Origin: Bacilli bacterium
Lineage (GTDB): Bacteria; Bacillota_I; Bacilli_A; ML615J-28; CAG-698
Direction of reading: 5' to 3'
Assembly (NCBI GenBank): GCA_016296945.1
Contig: JAEDHQ010000002.1
Span: 1 to 56,026 of the forward strand
Length of the DNA stretch: 56,026 nucleotides
The translations under genes were made by a program, and so were the position numbers. The notes below the pieces were generated by a model. It saw only the letters and a list, made by a program, of their open reading frames with translations, was not told the DNA's origin and did not search any database. This document shows, one piece after another, positions 55,909 through 56,026 of this stretch (positions are counted from its first letter, which is position 1; every line of letters starts with the position of its first letter).

Positions 55909-56026
55909 ACATTTAGTGGACAAGAGCGAAACCTGGGTATCCCAGTTGTCGCAACAGTCGAAAATGCTACTTGTTGCATTTTCCTTATCCTCGTAAGGTA
56001 TCGGTGGGGACACTTTTGGCAGACGG
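55909..56026. other. GC-rich, hairpin-dense segment truncated by the window end (structured RNA or edge of a foreign element)
   Basis: By hand count it is about half G+C, against strongly AT-rich flanks. It carries consecutive local hairpins: ctggg-tat-cccag, gcaaca-(15 nt)-tgttgc and cctta-tcctcg-taagg. No start codon opens a plausible plus-strand ORF. Confidence 0.4.

Noticed and set aside
55913-56026. Group II intron 5' end or tmRNA start in the terminal GC-rich segment
   Set aside because: The segment begins GTGGA rather than the GUGYG consensus, and I could find no domain-I similarity to introns I remember. 'GGGGACAC...' lacks the tmRNA GGNTTCGAC-type continuation. It is kept only as an unassigned structured segment.
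1-56026. CRISPR arrays, IS elements, integrases, prophage genes, rRNA operons
   Set aside because: I found no regularly spaced direct repeats, no transposase/integrase/recombinase-like ORFs and no rRNA-like sequence on either strand.
1-56026. Mollicutes-type genetic code (TGA = Trp) suggested by the extreme AT content
   Set aside because: Several well-supported genes end in TGA (for example the GNAT at 13192-13194, maf at 36480-36482 and sufU at 22436-22438), and conserved Trp positions are TGG. Code 11 applies.

Overview
This is a very AT-rich chromosome segment, by eye well under 30% G+C. It uses the standard code: TGA acts as a stop and TGG encodes Trp. The host looks like an endospore-forming low-GC Firmicute, because gpr, spoVS, cotE and yabP/yabQ are all present.

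Bases 1 to about 36.8 kb are almost entirely co-directional housekeeping genes in Bacillus-like synteny blocks:
- comEC (5'-truncated by the window edge), holA, rpsT (opposite strand) and gpr
- a TPP riboswitch followed by thiT
- pgsA-recA-rny-ymdB-spoVS
- miaB-cotE
- sufC-D-S-U-B
- a murF-like/ddl pair
- tilS-hpt-ftsH-yabO
- a GH4 6-phospho-beta-glucosidase plus a BadF-type sugar kinase, then maf and yccF

After 36.8 kb the window becomes a strand-switching mosaic:
- an M42 peptidase and hslO
- a frameshifted M28 peptidase
- a tRNA-Tyr/tRNA-Gln operon
- a class I lysyl-tRNA synthetase carrying an extra C-terminal tRNA-binding domain
- a ~750-bp gene-free AT-rich gap
- a YhhN protein, an SDR and an orphan metal-binding lipoprotein
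- yabP/yabQ and an uncharacterised three-gene membrane-protein operon
- glpQ-like and murA
- two degenerate enzyme homologues (one phosphate-acyltransferase-like, one aspartase/fumarase-like)

The 3' end holds a compact RHS/YD-repeat polymorphic-toxin locus. Its C-terminal module is hydrophobic and unassigned. It is followed by a membrane-anchored immunity candidate and a second lipoprotein gene broken by one in-frame stop. A sharply GC-richer, hairpin-dense segment then runs off the window edge.

The candidates I consider most novel are:
- the RHS C-terminal domain and its immunity pair
- a MurF-type ligase whose N-terminal domain is replaced by five transmembrane helices
- a catalytically degenerate ABC-ATPase plus membrane-protein pair
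- the class I LysRS fusion
- the operon at 46.5-48.2 kb

I saw no CRISPR array, transposase, integrase or rRNA gene. All calls come from reading the sequence and from remembered family motifs. No database search was run.
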